Positions 61,970-64,000 of a stretch of 64,000 nucleotides of DNA are shown here, piece by piece. Each line of letters opens with the position of its first letter. The stretch's first letter is position 1. The position numbers and the translations under genes were made by a program. The stretch spans positions 1 to 64,000 of the forward strand of contig CAVYZN010000031.1 in NCBI GenBank assembly GCA_963773065.1, given 5' to 3'. The notes under the pieces were generated by a model. The model was not told the origin of the DNA. It saw only the letters and a list, made by a program, of their open reading frames with translations, and did no database searches. Source of the stretch: an uncultured Gammaproteobacteria bacterium (GTDB taxonomy: Bacteria > Pseudomonadota > Gammaproteobacteria > UBA9214).

Positions 61970-62458
61970 ATGCATGATCAGTTTGTTGGCCGCAACAAGG
62001 TGGTGACCTTTACCTATGCCATTCAGGACGAGGCGGGCGATGTGCTCGAGCAATCCGATCTCCCGATCTGTTACGTCCATGGCGGCAGGCACGACCTGTT
62101 CGAGAAAGTCGAGGCGGCGATGGAAGGATGCGTGGTGGGCGACACCGTGGAGGTGTCGTTGGCGCCGGAGGAGGGCTTTGGCCCGCACGATGAGAGCCTT
62201 ACCTATACCGATGACATCGAGAATGTTCCGCCTGAGTTCCGGCGCATCGGCGCCGAGGTGGAGATGATGAACGACCAGGGCGATGCCCGGAAATTCGTTG
62301 TCACCCGCATCGTAAACGGCAAGCTGACGGTGGACGGTAATCACCCGATGGCCGGCAAGATCATTACCTTCTTTATCAAGGTGGTCGATATCCGCGACGC
62401 CAGCGCGGAGGAGATCTGCAACGGCGTGCCGCCCATGGCCATGCCGGTGCTGCACTGA
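61970..62458 (+). CDS. FKBP-type peptidyl-prolyl isomerase (SlyD-like, no His-rich tail)
   Basis: VVTFTY, YVHGG, LAPEEGFG and VDGNHPMAGK. Confidence 0.85.
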   Translation: MHDQFVGRNKVVTFTYAIQDEAGDVLEQSDLPICYVHGGRHDLFEKVEAAMEGCVVGDTVEVSLAPEEGFGPHDESLTYTDDIENVPPEFRRIGAEVEMMNDQGDARKFVVTRIVNGKLTVDGNHPMAGKIITFFIKVVDIRDASAEEICNGVPPMAMPVLH

Positions 62459-62569
62459 CGGCGCTGCGTCTCCACCGGTGGCCATGTTATGATCGCCACG
62501 GTGTAACGATCGCAAGTTTGGCTTGGTTCTACCGCTAACCGTGTGTGTTGATTTGACTGTTCTTCCTGT

Positions 62570-63937
62570 ATGCATCTGAGCATTATTGTCCTGGCCGCGG
62601 GCCAGGGGACACGCATGCGCTCCGATCTTCCCAAGGTGTTGCATCCGCTGGGGGGGCGGCCCCTGCTGGCACACGCCCTCGAAACGGCACGCCGTTTTGA
62701 GGATGCGGCCATCCACGTCGTCATCGGCCATGGCGCCGAGCGAGTGCGCCGGACTTTTGTACAGGCCGAGGTGCGCTGGGTGATACAGGACCGGCAGCTC
62801 GGAACGGGTCATGCAGTCGCCCAGGTATTGCCTGATGTGCCGGATAACGATACGGTGTTGGTCATGTACGGAGACGTGCCATTGATCAGGCCGGCCACGC
62901 TGGAGAGACTGGTCGGCATCGCCGGACTGGGCGATCTCGCCCTGCTGACCGCCGAACTGGACGACCCCGCCGGTTATGGCCGTATCCTGCATGATGACGG
63001 CGGCAACATCCGCGCCATCATCGAGGAGAAGGATGCTACCGCCGAGCAGCGCCGCATCCGTGAAATCAATAGCGGTTTCCTTGCCGCGCCCGCCGGACGT
63101 CTGCGCGCCTGGGTGCAGACGCTGGATAACAACAACGCGCAGGGCGAATTCTACCTGACCGACGTGGTCGCACAGGCCGTGCGCGAGGGGGTGCCCGTGC
63201 GCGGTGTTACCACCGGGGACGCGCATGAGATCCTCGGCGTGAATGACCGGGCGCAGCTGGCAACGCTGGAGCGCAGCTTCCAGCAGCGCCAGGCGCAGGC
63301 CTGTCTGCAGGCAGGGGTGACGCTGATCGATCCGGCGCGCTTCGACCTGCGCGGCCAGTTGACGGCCGGTCAGGATGTGGTGATCGACGTGAACGCGATC
63401 CTGGAAGGAACGGTCAGGCTCGGCAACCGGGTCACGGTCGGACCGAACGTCATCATGTGCAATGCCACCGTCGGCGACGACGTCACCATCCTCGCCAACT
63501 GCGTCATCGAGGACGCCGCCATCGGTGACGGGGCGCGCATCGGCCCGTTCGCCCGCATCCGTCCCGAGACGGTGCTGGCGGCGCACAGTCACGTCGGCAA
63601 TTTCGTGGAAATCAAGAAATCGCAGATCGGCGAGGGTTCGAAGATCAATCACCTGAGCTATATCGGCGATACCAGCGTGGGACGCAATGTCAACATCGGG
63701 GCTGGCACGATCACTTGCAACTACGACGGCGCCCACAAGCATCGCACCGTCATCGGCGACGATGTCTTCATCGGTTCCGATACCCAGCTTGTTGCACCGG
63801 TCGAGGTCGGGGACGGGGCTACCATCGGCGCCGGCTCGACCATCACGCGTGATGCGCCGGCGGGTGAGTTGACGCTGAGCCGTGCGCCCCAGCAAACGCG
63901 AGCCGGCTGGAAGCGTCCGGTAAAGATACAAGGATGA
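62570..63937 (+). CDS. glmU: bifunctional UDP-GlcNAc pyrophosphorylase / glucosamine-1-phosphate acetyltransferase
   Basis: LAAGQGTRMRS..PKVLH, QLGTGHAV, hexapeptide repeats and GNFVEIK. Confidence 0.97.
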   Translation: MHLSIIVLAAGQGTRMRSDLPKVLHPLGGRPLLAHALETARRFEDAAIHVVIGHGAERVRRTFVQAEVRWVIQDRQLGTGHAVAQVLPDVPDNDTVLVMYGDVPLIRPATLERLVGIAGLGDLALLTAELDDPAGYGRILHDDGGNIRAIIEEKDATAEQRRIREINSGFLAAPAGRLRAWVQTLDNNNAQGEFYLTDVVAQAVREGVPVRGVTTGDAHEILGVNDRAQLATLERSFQQRQAQACLQAGVTLIDPARFDLRGQLTAGQDVVIDVNAILEGTVRLGNRVTVGPNVIMCNATVGDDVTILANCVIEDAAIGDGARIGPFARIRPETVLAAHSHVGNFVEIKKSQIGEGSKINHLSYIGDTSVGRNVNIGAGTITCNYDGAHKHRTVIGDDVFIGSDTQLVAPVEVGDGATIGAGSTITRDAPAGELTLSRAPQQTRAGWKRPVKIQG

Positions 63938-63944
63938 GGCGGAT

Positions 63945-64000
63945 ATGTGCGGCATAGTCGGAGTCGTCGCCAGGCAGAACGTCGTCCCGGTGTTGCTGGA
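63945..64000 (+). CDS. glmS: glutamine--fructose-6-phosphate aminotransferase, 5' end only
   Basis: MCGIVGVV... start directly after glmU; truncated by the window edge. Confidence 0.88.
   Translation, partial: MCGIVGVVARQNVVPVLL

Overview
A 64 kb core-chromosome segment spanning the replication origin of a GC-rich (roughly 60-65% by spot check) Gammaproteobacterium. Gene order: algZ/fimS-like kinase (partial), argH, degenerate GGDEF protein, carboxylesterase, lptM-lysA-dapF-DUF484-xerC, hslVU, DUF971, ubiE-RDD-ubiJ-ubiB, DJ-1, ctpA-envC, ArsR-rhodanese-secB-gpsA, trmL, pyrD, an orphan outer-membrane protein, ntrBC, glnA, glyQS, gmhB, plsC, gyrB-recF-dnaN-dnaA, rpmH-rnpA-yidD-yidC-mnmE, a small insert (ferritin-like, TetR, hypothetical), mnmG-rsmG-parAB, atpIBEFHAGDC, an FKBP PPIase, glmU and the start of glmS. 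Many conserved genes carry isolated small frameshifts that look like sequencing or assembly errors. Several loci instead show deletion-type decay: gpmI, a ThiI-like/TusA/CDF operon and a metallophosphoesterase. Non-coding features include DnaA boxes between dnaA and dnaN, two parS sites in recF, NtrC/sigma54 sites, a 177-bp MITE with a target-site duplication and several palindromic repeats. GC content drops markedly around parS/oriC. I found no CRISPR array, rRNA, tRNA, prophage or complete novel multi-gene system. The best leads are the orphan usher-like outer-membrane protein, the origin-proximal GC trough with nearby gene erosion, the degenerate GGDEF protein and the mnmE-mnmG insert. All identifications come from motif recognition by eye; no searches were run.
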